A DNA stretch of 64,000 bases from Escherichia phage ECO07P1: sequence record OP172784. One strand, written 5' to 3'. The notes under the pieces are model-generated. The model had not been told where the DNA came from and ran no database searches. It was given only the letters and a program-made list of their open reading frames with translations. This document shows positions 46,494 through 59,171 of the stretch, piece after piece; position 1 is the stretch's first letter; every line of letters starts with the position of its first letter. The position numbers and the translations under genes are program-made.

Positions 46494-46513
46494 AAGGGAG
46501 CCCATGGGCTCCC
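46494..46513 (-). terminator. perfect palindrome hairpin between genes 8 and 9
   Basis: AGGGAGCCCATGGGCTCCCT, fully self-complementary. Confidence 0.45.
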
Positions 46514-46518
46514 TCAAT

Positions 46519-47523
46519 TTAAAATGTAAACAGAATATTGATTTCTTCTGTTTGATCCATTGCCATGATAATAGGTGGCCTATTTTCCATATAAATCATT
46601 TCGCCCGAATGCCTCATTAAATCTTCCGGATCATAATAATCCTTTTCAGCTTTAACGTTTGGGTCATTTGGATGAGCTTTAGCTTCAAGAGGATTCGTGA
46701 TTATTGATATTTGTCTAAATCCTTTATTTCCTGGCAATGCAGCTTCAGGAAAATAAACTGAATCTAAATATGCTTTAAAACGGATAGTATTTGCCTTAAC
46801 CCGATAAATTAATCCAAAATCATCTTGTTGCCAAGTGAGATTATCTTCATACCCCCATCTAGTCGGGTCTTCTTTTAATTCCTCAGGCCAAGGAACCACA
46901 ATATATTCATTCGTGCATCTATTTATAGATACATCGGGCGGAATCTCAAAAAGATATTCCCATACATATCCGTCTCCAGGTTCAATTGTTCCTTCCGCGT
47001 CTCCTCGACCTTCAGGAGGAGTCATTGACCTAGCAGAAGGAGTCCATTTTCCACCTAACTTAAGGCATTCATCTTTATCAGTTAAAGATGCTATTGAACA
47101 CATTCCGGTATCAGGAACATCTAAACAACGATATACTAACCAGCCTGCGCCTGATTCGGTAGCATTGTAAGGAGCTGAGTTACACACTACAATATCGTTA
47201 ATTCTAAATGTGTATGGATCCGGATATCTAGTATCTCCCCAATCTCGACGAGGAATAACTGCATCAAGCATAGATGGAAGAACCTTCACGGTTCCCATCA
47301 TATGAGTCCACATGTCAGTTACACCTAATACAGAATCGGTGGGATAAGGTGGGGCAAATCCCACCTCATTTTCATTTGATGACCATGGTTCTGATCTTCC
47401 AAATGTGATAAAGATAGTGTTTTTATCCGGACCACTTCCAATTGAATTATAAAAATTCAACATTTTTTCTGTTCTAAATTTTGAAGTAACTATCGCACGA
47501 TAGATAACACTTGAATCATTCAT
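46519..47523 (-). CDS. 8: baseplate wedge protein gp8
   Basis: 334 aa, synteny. Confidence 0.85.
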   Translation of the reverse strand: MNDSSVIYRAIVTSKFRTEKMLNFYNSIGSGPDKNTIFITFGRSEPWSSNENEVGFAPPYPTDSVLGVTDMWTHMMGTVKVLPSMLDAVIPRRDWGDTRYPDPYTFRINDIVVCNSAPYNATESGAGWLVYRCLDVPDTGMCSIASLTDKDECLKLGGKWTPSARSMTPPEGRGDAEGTIEPGDGYVWEYLFEIPPDVSINRCTNEYIVVPWPEELKEDPTRWGYEDNLTWQQDDFGLIYRVKANTIRFKAYLDSVYFPEAALPGNKGFRQISIITNPLEAKAHPNDPNVKAEKDYYDPEDLMRHSGEMIYMENRPPIIMAMDQTEEINILFTF

Positions 47524-50500
47524 CTATTTTAACCTGTGTTGGATTTTCAGGGTCTCTTGGATTTCCTATATTATCTTTTAGACGTTTATTAACTAAATCT
47601 CTAAATTGTGCAAATGTTGTTCCAGATGCGTCAAATAGAGGACTCATTAATTTACGTCGTTCAGATGGCAATTGACCTTGAAATATTGAATTATTATTTT
47701 CAGCATTATAGTCATCAGGAAGAGGATATTTTACACCAGCCATTGGGCCAGGTTCATAAATTGCTTCGCCTGTTACCGAATCATGCTCAATTTCACCGGT
47801 TGGAGTCAATTTAGCTACTCTATCAGCATATTCAGTAGGCAATCCAGAATCCCATTTATAGTTTTTGTATTTATTAATTATAGTCTCTGTGTGTTTAAGA
47901 GTTAAACCAACATTAATAAACATTGTTAAAAGAGTAATTGCTATAAATCCAAATCCTACCGGATGAACAAAACGAATAACGTCAGATTTCCAGCGGGAAG
48001 AAGGTAAATTGGATTTAATTTTCATTACATAATATGATCGACTTCTATTAATATAGTCTATATTATTTTGAAGCAAATCCTTTCCTTTAACCCCGCGAAT
48101 AATTTCGCCTTCAAAACTAGGGAGTCTTTCTGCTTTAACTTCTTGACCGGCAATTAATCTTCCTAAAAGATTATGAATAGTTACAGTCCATTGCAATTTA
48201 CCATTAGAATAGCTTCTTTCTATATAAGTAACATTACATCTTCCTGTAGCTGTATAAATTGTTTGTCCTACTAAGTCTTCAGTCAAAGAATCAGATTGAA
48301 CGATTATATCATATTCAGTACCAGCCCCAGATTCAATTTCAATTTCAACTTCTTCATTATAAAGAACTTTAAAAAGAAATTTGTATGATGCTTCAATTCC
48401 TTTAGTGGAATAAAAATCATAGCTGCGTGATTCGAAAAATCTTGCAACAGCATCGCGTTTGTCAGCATTCAAATAAATGTTTCTTTTATATATCTCTGAC
48501 CACAAATATTCCCATGCATGCTCTTCTCGTGGATATTTGTTACGAATTAAATTTCGTAAATTGTTATACTGAGTTCCATATCCATCAGAGAGATACTGAA
48601 TATATGCTTCACAAAATGCCTCAAAATTCGAATCCTGTAACAAATAAGAATCAGGCATCATTGTGCCAATCAATGGTCTTAAATCAGGGTCAGCTAATCC
48701 ACGCTCTTCTTCGGGCGACCAAGGAGTTTCATGCTCTTGGTTTTGTAAAAATGCTTTTAAAAATACTTCAGTTGGCTTCCAAATAATTTCGACAGTGTCT
48801 CTAACACGATAGTTAAAATCATAGTAAGAAATTATTTCACCGGAGGCTTTATAGAAAAGCATCCCAGATGCATATTTTTTAAATCCAGTGAATTTAACAT
48901 TTGGCATTACTATAGTGCAATCGCCATCATCCCAGTATTCATGAACTAATCTATCTGGTGATGTTTCAGGAATATTTTCTATAACTTTAGTGTATTTTAA
49001 ATCAGCATAAACTACTACAACCCTGTCAGAGTTGTTTATCCAACAGCGTGTGTTAGATTTTTTAGACCAGTTAAAGAATGGTTCAGCGTAGTATTTCATC
49101 GGCTGAGGAGTAAAAGTTTCCCAATCAGACTTTTCATCTGCTATAAATGCCATCATATGATAATGCTTATCAGCTAACCATTCACGAGGAAATTCATATT
49201 TAACAGCACCGATTAACTGATATTTTGCTGCAGTTTCAGGGTCATTAACAACATTATCACTTAAAAATTTAAAATTACTCGATGATAGAGAAACTAATTT
49301 ACCATCAGTTGACATATTCGCATACCCTGGTTGAATACGTCTTCTTTCTTCTTCAGTGTTGCCAAAAACTCTTTTCCATGTTTTTGTGTCATGATTTAAA
49401 ACATATATTCCTTTATCAGCAGAATCAATTATTTTTGATGTTCTAGGATTAGCATTTAATGTTTCAACTTCACCAATAATAAGAGCAAAAACTTTATCAC
49501 CGACAGAATCCATTTTATAGCATACTGCTTTAGGATTTCCAGTTATAGTCATAGTATCAGGTTCAAAAAGCCTTTCCGAATATGTCGGAGATAATGGATC
49601 AGAATCTATAGGTGCATTACTCGTTTTTATGTATCTAACTTTATCTCTGGCGACAACGTAAATGTAATCATCGGTGCAAGTAATAGCTTCTGCAATACGG
49701 TATACATTAGCTGGTAAAGTCGCGTAAGTGGCAAAAATTTCTACATCAAATCCTAGATGTAATTGGTCACCGAGTTTAGCGAATGTTATATCCTGAGAAC
49801 TAAATCTGACATCATCAGCTGACCATCTAACATCAGTCGATTTGCGGCCATAGAAAATCTTGTCGTATCCTAGAACGTATGTTGTGTTCGCAGATTGGTA
49901 ATATACTGTCTTAGATAAAGGATATCCTACGCGGTCATTGAAGAGCTTTACAGCTTTCCAGGTTTGTCCTTTATCATTGGATACTTTAACTACAGGTTGA
50001 TAACGCTCAAAAAGATATAGAATCCCTTCTGATTCCATCAAATAAACTCGGTTAATATCCTTACATACTTGCTGAATAGAACCTTGTATTTCATGATACT
50101 CATTTTCACCAATAATAAAATTACTTATTGATGAAACGTCAACATATGATGGGCTGAACTGAAATGATTCATTCATTAATGCAGCCATTATAGTGTCATT
50201 ATTAAAATTAACATAATCAGAATTATTAAGAGTAAATTTTTCCTGAATGAATTTATTAGCTAATTGCATTTCAATCATGTTTTGAAATGTATAAGCATTT
50301 GTAGCAAAAGTTTCAAACTCTTCGGTATAAATCCAATCAGACTGCTCAAAATCTTGTGCAGCTGTAGCTACTCTAATAACGTATGATGTCAATGGGTCAG
50401 CATCATCAAAAAAGAAGCTGTTATTTGCAGTATATCCTAAGTTAATCCATCTGTATTGATTACTCGGGAGATTTTTCCCCGAGTTTGTTTTTGTCTCAGC

Positions 50501-50614
50501 GATTTCTACAAAATAGTAGAAATTAGCACCAACGTCATCCCAGCGTACTTGCACCTGATTTGCGGATAACTTGGAAATTCTGAGACTAGTGACTGAAGGT
50601 GCTTTTACTGTCAT
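47516..50614 (-). CDS. 7: baseplate wedge initiator gp7
   Basis: 1032 aa, synteny. Confidence 0.85.
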   Translation of the reverse strand: MTVKAPSVTSLRISKLSANQVQVRWDDVGANFYYFVEIAETKTNSGKNLPSNQYRWINLGYTANNSFFFDDADPLTSYVIRVATAAQDFEQSDWIYTEEFETFATNAYTFQNMIEMQLANKFIQEKFTLNNSDYVNFNNDTIMAALMNESFQFSPSYVDVSSISNFIIGENEYHEIQGSIQQVCKDINRVYLMESEGILYLFERYQPVVKVSNDKGQTWKAVKLFNDRVGYPLSKTVYYQSANTTYVLGYDKIFYGRKSTDVRWSADDVRFSSQDITFAKLGDQLHLGFDVEIFATYATLPANVYRIAEAITCTDDYIYVVARDKVRYIKTSNAPIDSDPLSPTYSERLFEPDTMTITGNPKAVCYKMDSVGDKVFALIIGEVETLNANPRTSKIIDSADKGIYVLNHDTKTWKRVFGNTEEERRRIQPGYANMSTDGKLVSLSSSNFKFLSDNVVNDPETAAKYQLIGAVKYEFPREWLADKHYHMMAFIADEKSDWETFTPQPMKYYAEPFFNWSKKSNTRCWINNSDRVVVVYADLKYTKVIENIPETSPDRLVHEYWDDGDCTIVMPNVKFTGFKKYASGMLFYKASGEIISYYDFNYRVRDTVEIIWKPTEVFLKAFLQNQEHETPWSPEEERGLADPDLRPLIGTMMPDSYLLQDSNFEAFCEAYIQYLSDGYGTQYNNLRNLIRNKYPREEHAWEYLWSEIYKRNIYLNADKRDAVARFFESRSYDFYSTKGIEASYKFLFKVLYNEEVEIEIESGAGTEYDIIVQSDSLTEDLVGQTIYTATGRCNVTYIERSYSNGKLQWTVTIHNLLGRLIAGQEVKAERLPSFEGEIIRGVKGKDLLQNNIDYINRSRSYYVMKIKSNLPSSRWKSDVIRFVHPVGFGFIAITLLTMFINVGLTLKHTETIINKYKNYKWDSGLPTEYADRVAKLTPTGEIEHDSVTGEAIYEPGPMAGVKYPLPDDYNAENNNSIFQGQLPSERRKLMSPLFDASGTTFAQFRDLVNKRLKDNIGNPRDPENPTQVKIDE

Positions 50615-52593
50615 TGTGATATAGGCTCCAAATCGATAGTTAAGTATTGTGGACGTAAGTCATTTTCAAATACAATCAGTGAACCATCGCGAGTAAAGAT
50701 AACATCATCTGTTGGGTCAGAATATAATTCAATAGTCTGAACTTCAAATTTTTCAGATGTTAAATTAATTTTAGCGATATTCCAATAAATCACATCAGCT
50801 GGATAATTTATTTCACCGATAACATAGTATTTGTCGCGTCCATCAGAATTTGCTAATTTGTTAAAATCGTTGCCTGTATACGGCTGAATATTTTCATTTT
50901 CTGTAACATCACCAGAAGCAAATGGACCAATAATAACTTTACCAATTCCTTTAGAATCTCGGTCTGTTGATACTATGCGAACGTCATATAATACATCTTC
51001 TTCTAAACCAGTATCAGGATTTACAACCTTTCGTCCAGAATTAAATGAAAACGTATTAGATTCCATAGAACGGTCTTTTATTTGATTATTGTATTTAATA
51101 CCTGCTTCAGGTGTTTTATAGAAGTTTTGTACTTCACGTACTATTTGAATTGTCGCCGATGAGCCAATGATAGAATGATCTGCATCATCTACATATGTCA
51201 ACATCTTAGATTTAGCGAAAGATGAGTTAAAAATTTCTACATCTTCGGTATAATAACGATCAATTTTATCAATTATTTGACCTTCGAGCCACTGTTCGGA
51301 TTCTTGCAGCTTATTTAAAGCATATGTGACTTTTAAATTAGTCTTAATAAAAAGATAATTAGGAGAAATAATTGATGGCGTAATAGGAGCTAAATTATAG
51401 TCTTTGAGATAATTTTTAATATCTTCGCGTTGTACAGTAGTTAAATACAACCCTGATTTAGGTTTAGCAGCAATAAATGCATAACCAGGTTTAGTAGAAT
51501 CAGTGAAAGTCTGAACTGCTTGAATAATAGAACCAAATCTCTCTGAAACGAATGTATCATAGTCAGTCGCAGTTACGCAGCGTTGCTGGGTTTCACGTTT
51601 AATAGTACCCAATTCGCGAATACGTTCAATATCTTCTGGGTCACCGCCGCCATCTGCCCCAACAAAATCTGGGTCATCGTTTGGATTTTCATTAATGTTG
51701 ATGACAGTTATATTTGTTAATGTATCTGCGTATGAAAATCCGACTGCGCCATTCGCATCGGCACCGTTAGTACTGATGTACTCAATAACAATCGTAGAGT
51801 TCTGGGTAGGTTTAAGACCTCCAATGTAATTAGCGGTCAATGCTCCTTCTGCCGCATTAACAGAAATCTCACCTTCACCAAAATAAAATTCAGTATTTCC
51901 ATCAATAGTTTCACGCATGTAGTAAATTGTTGATGTAGAACCAGCATGAACCATTGACTTTCTTGTCCAGTTAATCCATTCTGCTCCATCAACATACAGC
52001 TTAACTTGGTTTCTATCTATATTTTTGTCATAAATGATAATAGGTGTTAATTTATCATAAATGATTTCAGTTCTTACTATACGTCCCTGGGCTAATTTTA
52101 AACGCGGAAAATATTGGTTATTTTTATCGCGAATAGCAATAACATCTTCGGTAGAGACAAAGTTATATGGATTAACAGAAGTATCTTTTGCATATGCTAA
52201 AAAGCGAGTACCACGAGGAATAGTAATGTAATTTCTATTCAATGCATCTGTACACGTTAGCATAATTTCAGTTTGAGCAGCTGATTTTGAAGTAGGTAAA
52301 TATCCATTATCTTGTGCAGCTTGAACTACTGAACTACGCAAATTAGCAGTACGCATAAAGCTTTCATACACGGCAGCATTACCAAACTGCTGAATGTATA
52401 ATGTGTTATAAGCCAAAAGGTCACACAGAACGTTTAATCTTGAGCCTTCAAAATCATAATCCAAAAATTCATTTTGACCATTAAGCCATTCAATGAGGTT
52501 TTGTTTTATTTCAGCAAATGTACCCCCGACGAATATCTCGGGAATAGCATTTGCTGTTCTTGTTAATTGATAATTTACAGGGGTATTTGCCAT
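50611..52593 (-). CDS. 6: baseplate wedge protein gp6
   Basis: 660 aa, synteny. Confidence 0.85.
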   Translation of the reverse strand: MANTPVNYQLTRTANAIPEIFVGGTFAEIKQNLIEWLNGQNEFLDYDFEGSRLNVLCDLLAYNTLYIQQFGNAAVYESFMRTANLRSSVVQAAQDNGYLPTSKSAAQTEIMLTCTDALNRNYITIPRGTRFLAYAKDTSVNPYNFVSTEDVIAIRDKNNQYFPRLKLAQGRIVRTEIIYDKLTPIIIYDKNIDRNQVKLYVDGAEWINWTRKSMVHAGSTSTIYYMRETIDGNTEFYFGEGEISVNAAEGALTANYIGGLKPTQNSTIVIEYISTNGADANGAVGFSYADTLTNITVININENPNDDPDFVGADGGGDPEDIERIRELGTIKRETQQRCVTATDYDTFVSERFGSIIQAVQTFTDSTKPGYAFIAAKPKSGLYLTTVQREDIKNYLKDYNLAPITPSIISPNYLFIKTNLKVTYALNKLQESEQWLEGQIIDKIDRYYTEDVEIFNSSFAKSKMLTYVDDADHSIIGSSATIQIVREVQNFYKTPEAGIKYNNQIKDRSMESNTFSFNSGRKVVNPDTGLEEDVLYDVRIVSTDRDSKGIGKVIIGPFASGDVTENENIQPYTGNDFNKLANSDGRDKYYVIGEINYPADVIYWNIAKINLTSEKFEVQTIELYSDPTDDVIFTRDGSLIVFENDLRPQYLTIDLEPISQ

Positions 52594-52601
52594 TTTAAAT
52601 C

Positions 52602-52895
52602 CTATTTAATGAATACTTTAGATGATGCCTGAGCCACAGTATCACCGCATGATATTGGATCAGCCATTTGAACAGCTTTCTTTCCAGTGACATATACCTT
52701 AGAAGTTCTAGGTTGTGTCACTCCGCCATGTGTTTCATATGGCTTTTTAATTTCTGTATGTTCTGTAATTGGATCACCTGCTACGAGAACAGCAATTCCT
52801 CCAGTGAATACTTTACTTTGTGTAGCATTCACAACTGTTGGAGGCCACGCTTCATGGCCGGCAGTAACACACTTATCATAGCTTAATCCTGACAT
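52602..52895 (-). CDS. 5.4: PAAR-repeat spike-tip protein gp5.4
   Basis: 97 aa, Gly/Val-rich with conserved His/Cys; position between gp5 and gp6. Confidence 0.75.
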
Positions 52896-53453
52896 TTATG
52901 GCCTCTCATACACGTAGCTTCTCAATTTATTAGCCCAGCGACTCCAATTTCCAACTATAGTTTTTGTATAATTTTTAACAAGAGTTTTTCTTATTGGAGC
53001 AGGAGGATCAGTTGGTTCAGTAGTATCAGAAGATGACCTAGAATTACTGCCAGAACCTCCAGATTCACCTTGTTCTTGGTAGTCATATATTAATGTTACT
53101 TCGTAAGTGAATGTCTTCTGGAGGTTCTGAGGAGCTTTCCATAGATATAACTGAGTATTAGAATCAGTTGGAAGGTCTTCCCATGAAGCAGCGGTTTTAA
53201 ATTCATTATCTAAACGATATTTCAACGCATCATTTCCAAATCCAAATACAGATTCATACGTTCCATATAAACGATTTTCTTCTACTAAAACCCCAGGAGT
53301 TTTTTCGTAACTAGTTATATTTATAGATACTAACGTTTCACCCGTTTCTAATTGAGCGGTAAAGGTGACGTCGATAGAAGAACCTTCCATGGATTCTCCT
53401 AAATCAGCGCTCATTGGAAGTATATTAGCCAATGTCAATCCTCGATCCATCAA
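52896..53453 (-). CDS. hypothetical protein (gene 5.1-like position)
   Basis: 185 aa ORF between gp5 and gp5.4. Confidence 0.5.
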
Positions 53454-55152
53454 TTGTGTATTGACCAGATGAAATAGAACTCATAGATGCCATTTTTTCT
53501 GTCCAATCACCACCAACGTCCCAATCAACTGTCCCAGCAACTTTCCAAGAAAGATTTCCATTTACTGTATTAGTTTGATTTCCTTCAACTAAAGTAGTAG
53601 CATCCCCTTTAACTGTAATGTCAGCATTACCTTCAACTACAATAGTAACATTACCTTTAACTAGGATAGTTCCATTACCTTCAACTGTCTTAGTTTCATC
53701 GCCACGCACAAATATTGTGTTGCTTCCATCTATTTGGTGAAGACGATTATCCATGTTGTAATAAATTTCTGATCCACCGACGTTAGTCTTTTTATCACCG
53801 GCTACCAAAAAATTACCATCGGCATTTGTTATATCATACAAATTATCAATAGTTTTTCTTGTTCTTCTTCCTGATGGTGATACTTCCTCATACGTTCCAG
53901 TCGGATGAACTAATCTGTATCGTTCTTGCCCAGGGGTATCGTCAAATTCCTGAATATGACCGCTTTCAGTTTCCATTGTGTGAACATACGGATATTCACC
54001 TTTATATGAAGAAACAGGTTCTTTGAATAAAATTCTTGAATCATTCGGAATAGGAGGGTCAGCCGGGTCAGAAGACTTTGCTACAGTAGCAGCCATTGCT
54101 GACAAAGACCTGGCTGGCGTTTTCACTTCAATACCGTATGATTCCAAATTCCCTGTAAGAATAATCATGGTAACACGGGATGCACGGCCTTTTGTTTGTT
54201 GATACCACAATGAATCACGGCCGGCTTTATATGCTTTTTCCCAATCTCCGGCTAACATAGCAGTTAACATTGTGTTAAATTTAGCTACGCCGCCAACGCC
54301 CATCTGAAATGCCATATTTTCTAATGCCATTTGACGAGAACGATTAACTGCTTTCCAAACTGGGCCAACTTTAGAATGTGATTTAATGTCACGTTGCATA
54401 TCAGCTAAATCACGTTCAAATAAAGTTACCGCTTCTTCCATTGTAATAGAACCTGGATTTCCGGTAATTTCACGTCCAACTTGTTTTGATAAAACTTTAT
54501 TAATTTGGGTCATATCACGAACTGGCTGCTTCATGATAAGATGACCAATACCAATTGTCGGATATCCTTCAGTATCCCAATAAACTTTTAGTCTTAATCC
54601 TTCATCACGGCGAAGCATTTCAGCCATTGACATATTTGGATTATCATCAGTTGGAATCTCTGATAGCGGTCTATCATCGGGATTTATTGCAGTATCTAAA
54701 TTACTGTCTTGGATAATGTTAGAAGACGAATCATATCCTACTTCTCCGCCTTGGTTTAATACGTTAGTATCATTTCCTAGACGTCTAGGATACTGTCCAG
54801 TCGGGTCAGAAAATCCTTCAAGTCTATTAGGCTTTTCGCGAACTATTCCACCATACGTGCCAAGGACAATTCCGTTAGTTTTCCATTTGTCTAAAAAATG
54901 ACCATAAACTCTAGTTCCTTCTACCGGACCAGTAACGGAGCCTCCAATTCCAGACATTGCTGCAGAAGTTATAGGTTGAATAACTGACATCCATGGCAAT
55001 TTATCGGTTGGAATACCCATTACGTCGCCTTGCGCTCTTTGGGGTGGATGCAGACCAACTACACGAACACGAACACGACCTAATTTTAATGGGTCCATTC
55101 TATCTTCAACAACACCAACAAACCAATTAAGGTTATTACTTATCATTTCCAT
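53425..55152 (-). CDS. 5: baseplate hub / cell-puncturing protein with lysozyme domain gp5
   Basis: 575 aa; central T4-lysozyme-like region (..YWDTEGYPTIGIGHL..) and C-terminal beta-helix repeats (VxGxxT repeats). Confidence 0.9.
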   Translation of the reverse strand: MEMISNNLNWFVGVVEDRMDPLKLGRVRVRVVGLHPPQRAQGDVMGIPTDKLPWMSVIQPITSAAMSGIGGSVTGPVEGTRVYGHFLDKWKTNGIVLGTYGGIVREKPNRLEGFSDPTGQYPRRLGNDTNVLNQGGEVGYDSSSNIIQDSNLDTAINPDDRPLSEIPTDDNPNMSMAEMLRRDEGLRLKVYWDTEGYPTIGIGHLIMKQPVRDMTQINKVLSKQVGREITGNPGSITMEEAVTLFERDLADMQRDIKSHSKVGPVWKAVNRSRQMALENMAFQMGVGGVAKFNTMLTAMLAGDWEKAYKAGRDSLWYQQTKGRASRVTMIILTGNLESYGIEVKTPARSLSAMAATVAKSSDPADPPIPNDSRILFKEPVSSYKGEYPYVHTMETESGHIQEFDDTPGQERYRLVHPTGTYEEVSPSGRRTRKTIDNLYDITNADGNFLVAGDKKTNVGGSEIYYNMDNRLHQIDGSNTIFVRGDETKTVEGNGTILVKGNVTIVVEGNADITVKGDATTLVEGNQTNTVNGNLSWKVAGTVDWDVGGDWTEKMASMSSISSGQYTIDGSRIDIG

Positions 55153-55726
55153 AAGATTTCTCCATTATACGTATAAGGTCGTTCATAAATGAATTGATGT
55201 CTGATTTTGCTATTATTTTTATTTGACGAAGTTTTTCATTTTCAAGAACAGCAGCTTCATACGTATCGACCGCAGCAAGTGCTCCTTCATATTGAGGATA
55301 TTTTCTGGCTTTATCGCCTTTGTCATACCAAACATATGGGTTATCATCATATGATATTAAATTATAAAATTTTTCACCGTTCTCATTCACATGATATACT
55401 ATTTGGTCTCCACCTATGTTTTTGTATTTTTGTATAGATGCTTGATAAGCAGCTTCTTGCGAAGTAATCCATCCATAATACGGATCATAATTATCATTAC
55501 ACATCAATAAAACCCAATACAACTGCGGATTTCCATATATAGCATTTGCTAATTCTTCCGGGCGTGGTGAACCTTTAATATAATAAGTACGTAAGCGATA
55601 TCCCGCAAGAGCGCGTTTGAAATAGTCTTTATAGTTTCTAAAAATATCTGTCATAGGAATAGTCGGCGCGTTTTTATTCACCGTTTTGGCCGCATATTCA
55701 ATCGGATCAAAAAATGTAAAGAGCAT
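55136..55726 (-). CDS. 53: baseplate wedge protein gp53
   Basis: 196 aa; late promoter at 55755-55762. Confidence 0.8.
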   Translation of the reverse strand: MLFTFFDPIEYAAKTVNKNAPTIPMTDIFRNYKDYFKRALAGYRLRTYYIKGSPRPEELANAIYGNPQLYWVLLMCNDNYDPYYGWITSQEAAYQASIQKYKNIGGDQIVYHVNENGEKFYNLISYDDNPYVWYDKGDKARKYPQYEGALAAVDTYEAAVLENEKLRQIKIIAKSDINSFMNDLIRIMEKSYGNDK

Positions 55727-55739
55727 GGGCCCTCCTGTT

Positions 55740-55762
55740 TATAAATATATTATCTATTTATA
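55740..55762. promoter_or_regulatory. back-to-back divergent late promoters for gene 4 (+) and gene 53 (-)
   Basis: TATAAATA plus-sense at 55740-55747 and minus-sense at 55755-55762. Confidence 0.6.
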
Positions 55763-55773
55763 AGGAGAATCCA

Positions 55774-56226
55774 ATGGCATATTCTGGAAAATGGGTTCCT
55801 AAAAATATATCAAAATATAGAGGTGACCCTAAAAAAATTACGTATAGATCAAATTGGGAAAAATTCTTTTTTGAATGGTTAGATAAAAATCCAGAAATTA
55901 TTGCATGGGGTAGTGAAACAGCAGTAATTCCTTATTTTTGTAATGCAGAAGGGAAAAAACGTAGATACTTCATGGATATTTGGATGAAAGATTCTTCTGG
56001 GCAAGAATTTTTTATTGAAATAAAACCTAAAAAAGAAACACAACCACCAGTTAAACCAGCACATCTAACAACTGCGGCGAAGAAAAGATTTATGAATGAA
56101 ATTTATACATATTCCGTTAATACCGACAAATGGAAAGCAGCACAATCTTTAGCTGAAAAGCGTGGAATAAAATTTAGAATTCTAACAGAAGATGGATTAC
56201 GAGCTCTTGGCTTTAAGGGGGCATAA
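55774..56226 (+). CDS. 4: head completion protein gp4
   Basis: 150 aa; late promoter TATAAATA at 55740-55747; RBS AAGGAGAAT. Confidence 0.8.
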   Translation: MAYSGKWVPKNISKYRGDPKKITYRSNWEKFFFEWLDKNPEIIAWGSETAVIPYFCNAEGKKRRYFMDIWMKDSSGQEFFIEIKPKKETQPPVKPAHLTTAAKKRFMNEIYTYSVNTDKWKAAQSLAEKRGIKFRILTEDGLRALGFKGA

Positions 56227-57050
56227 TGGCTATTTTTCAAATAATTAATGAAAGCACTCCCCAAGTTCCAAAGGTTAAGCAATCATTAAACGAAAAGAAA
56301 TGGATTCAGATAGGTCTTGAATACAAAAAGGCCAAAGCAAAAGGAATGACAGGAAAGCAATTTGCTGAAGAAAGAGGAATCAAATACTCTACGTTTACTT
56401 CGGCAATGTCAAAATATGCTTCAGGAATTAAAACAGCTGAAAAGATTCAAAATCTTGAATCAAAACCAATGAATAAACTCAATAAGCAAGAAAGACAACT
56501 GCTTATGATAAATTCATTCAGGCAAACGTTGCGTGATAAAATTCGTAATGAAGGTGCAGCAATTAATAATAAAACCAGAAAGTGGTTTGCTGAAACTATT
56601 AAGCAGGTAAAAGGACATAAAGTTGTTCGCCCGCAGCCGGGACGAATATATGCTTTTGCTTACGATGCTAAACACAAAGAAACTCTTCCTTATTGGGATA
56701 AATTTCCTTTGATAATTTACCTTGGTTTAGGTAAACATAATTTAATGTACGGATTGAACTTGCACTATATTCCACCTAAAGCTCGTCAGCAATTTCTAGA
56801 AGAGCTTTTAAAGCAATATTCAAATACACCTACTATTACTAATAAAACGAAATTAAAAATTGATTGGAGTCAAGTGAAAGGATTTAGGGGTGCAGACCAA
56901 ATGATTAAGGCATATATACCTGGTAATATCATGGGTAGTCTTGTTGAAATCGCCCCGAAAGACTGGGCGAACGTTGTGTTAATGCCACTTCAGCAGTTCG
57001 TTTCAAAAGGAAAACGTTTCTCTGCAAACAAAGTCTGGTCAAATATCTAA
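56226..57050 (+). CDS. 2: DNA end protector protein gp2
   Basis: 274 aa; start overlaps gp4 stop. Confidence 0.8.
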   Translation: MAIFQIINESTPQVPKVKQSLNEKKWIQIGLEYKKAKAKGMTGKQFAEERGIKYSTFTSAMSKYASGIKTAEKIQNLESKPMNKLNKQERQLLMINSFRQTLRDKIRNEGAAINNKTRKWFAETIKQVKGHKVVRPQPGRIYAFAYDAKHKETLPYWDKFPLIIYLGLGKHNLMYGLNLHYIPPKARQQFLEELLKQYSNTPTITNKTKLKIDWSQVKGFRGADQMIKAYIPGNIMGSLVEIAPKDWANVVLMPLQQFVSKGKRFSANKVWSNI

Positions 57051-57156
57051 TTCTATTATCTTCCATTCTTTTCTATTGTTTGTTCTAATTGGAATTGAAT
57101 GGAAGGGACTTAGACCCATTATACCACCAACACTTATAAAGCATTATGAGGAATAT

Positions 57157-57687
57157 ATGTCGCAAGCATTGCAACAAATTTTTAACCAAGCAAATACAAC
57201 TAACTTTGTAGTATCAATACCGCATAGTAATACTACATCTGCTTTTACTTTAAATGCTCAGTCAGTTCCTATTCCGGGAATTAGGATACCTGTTACTGAT
57301 ACCGTGACTGGGCCGTTTGGACTAGGCCGAGCACAGCGTCCAGGAGTTACATTTGAGTACGATCCACTCATCGTGAGATTTATAGTTGATGAAGAGCTTA
57401 AGTCATGGATAGGAATGTATGAATGGATGCTAGGAACTAGTAACTATCTTACAGGCGAAAATACTGCCCAAAAAACAGGTCCTGAATACATTACGCTTTA
57501 CATTTTAGATAATAGTAAAACTGAAATCGTGATGTCAATAAATTTTTATAAGCCTTGGGTTTCTGACCTGTCTGAAGTAGAATTTAGCTACACGGAAGAT
57601 TCAGACCCAGCTTTAGTATGTACAGCAACGATTCCTTATACGTATTTTCAAGTAGAAAAAGATGGCAAAATTATAGCAGAAGTTTAA
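57157..57687 (+). CDS. 3: tail tube terminator (tail completion) gp3
   Basis: 176 aa from Met at MSQALQQIFNQ (RBS GAGGAA upstream); track ORF begins further upstream at 57076. Confidence 0.75.
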   Translation: MSQALQQIFNQANTTNFVVSIPHSNTTSAFTLNAQSVPIPGIRIPVTDTVTGPFGLGRAQRPGVTFEYDPLIVRFIVDEELKSWIGMYEWMLGTSNYLTGENTAQKTGPEYITLYILDNSKTEIVMSINFYKPWVSDLSEVEFSYTEDSDPALVCTATIPYTYFQVEKDGKIIAEV

Positions 57688-57736
57688 TGCTTCAGTTTCA
57701 TGTGTTATAATCTTAACTAAATTTGAGGAGAAACAT

Positions 57737-58461
57737 ATGAAACTAATCTTTTTAAGTGGTGTAAAGCGTAGTGGAAAAGATACTACTGCAGATTTTATCA
57801 TGGAAAATTATTCTGCAGTTAAATATCAACTTGCTGGTCCTATTAAGGATGCATTGGCTTATGCATGGGGTGTATTTGCAGCAAACACTGACTATCCTTG
57901 CTTAACTCGTAAAGAGTTTGAAGGAATTGACTATGATCGTGAGACTAATTTAAATCTGACTAAATTAGAAGTAATTACGATTATGGAACAAGCATTTTGC
58001 TATCTTAATGGTAAAAGCCCAATTAAAGGTGTGTTTGTTTTTGATGACGAAGGACAAGAATCAGTTAATTCCGTAGCATTTAACAAGATTATTGACGTTA
58101 TAAATAATATTGAAGATCAATGGTCAGTCCGTCGTCTGATGCAAGCCCTAGGTACGGATTTGATTGTTAATAACTTCGACCGCATGTATTGGGTAAAATT
58201 ATTTGCTTTAGATTATCTTGATAAATTTAACTCAGGTTATGATTATTATATCGTTCCTGATACTCGTCAAGATCATGAAATGGATGCGGCTAGGGCGATG
58301 GGTGCTACAGTAATTCATGTAGTTCGTCCTGGTCAAAAATCCAATGATACTCATATTACAGAAGCTGGATTGCCAATTCGTGATGGCGATTTAGTAATTA
58401 CAAACGATGGTTCTCTTGAAGAACTTTTTTCTAAAATTAAAAATACACTAAAGGTACTATA

Positions 58462-58462
<1 letters not shown>
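57737..58462 (+). CDS. 1: deoxynucleoside monophosphate kinase gp1
   Basis: 241 aa; P-loop GVKRSGKDT; RBS GAGGAGAAACATATG. Confidence 0.85.
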
Positions 58463-59159
<697 letters not shown>

Positions 59160-59171
59160 TTTCACAAAGTT

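Noticed and set aside
46494-46513. Perfect 20-bp palindrome AGGGAGCCCATGGGCTCCCT as a possible protein-binding operator
   Set aside because: Position (immediately 3' of gene 8, 5' of the gene 9 late promoter) and GC-rich stem fit an intergenic transcript hairpin like the many others in the window; kept as a terminator feature only.
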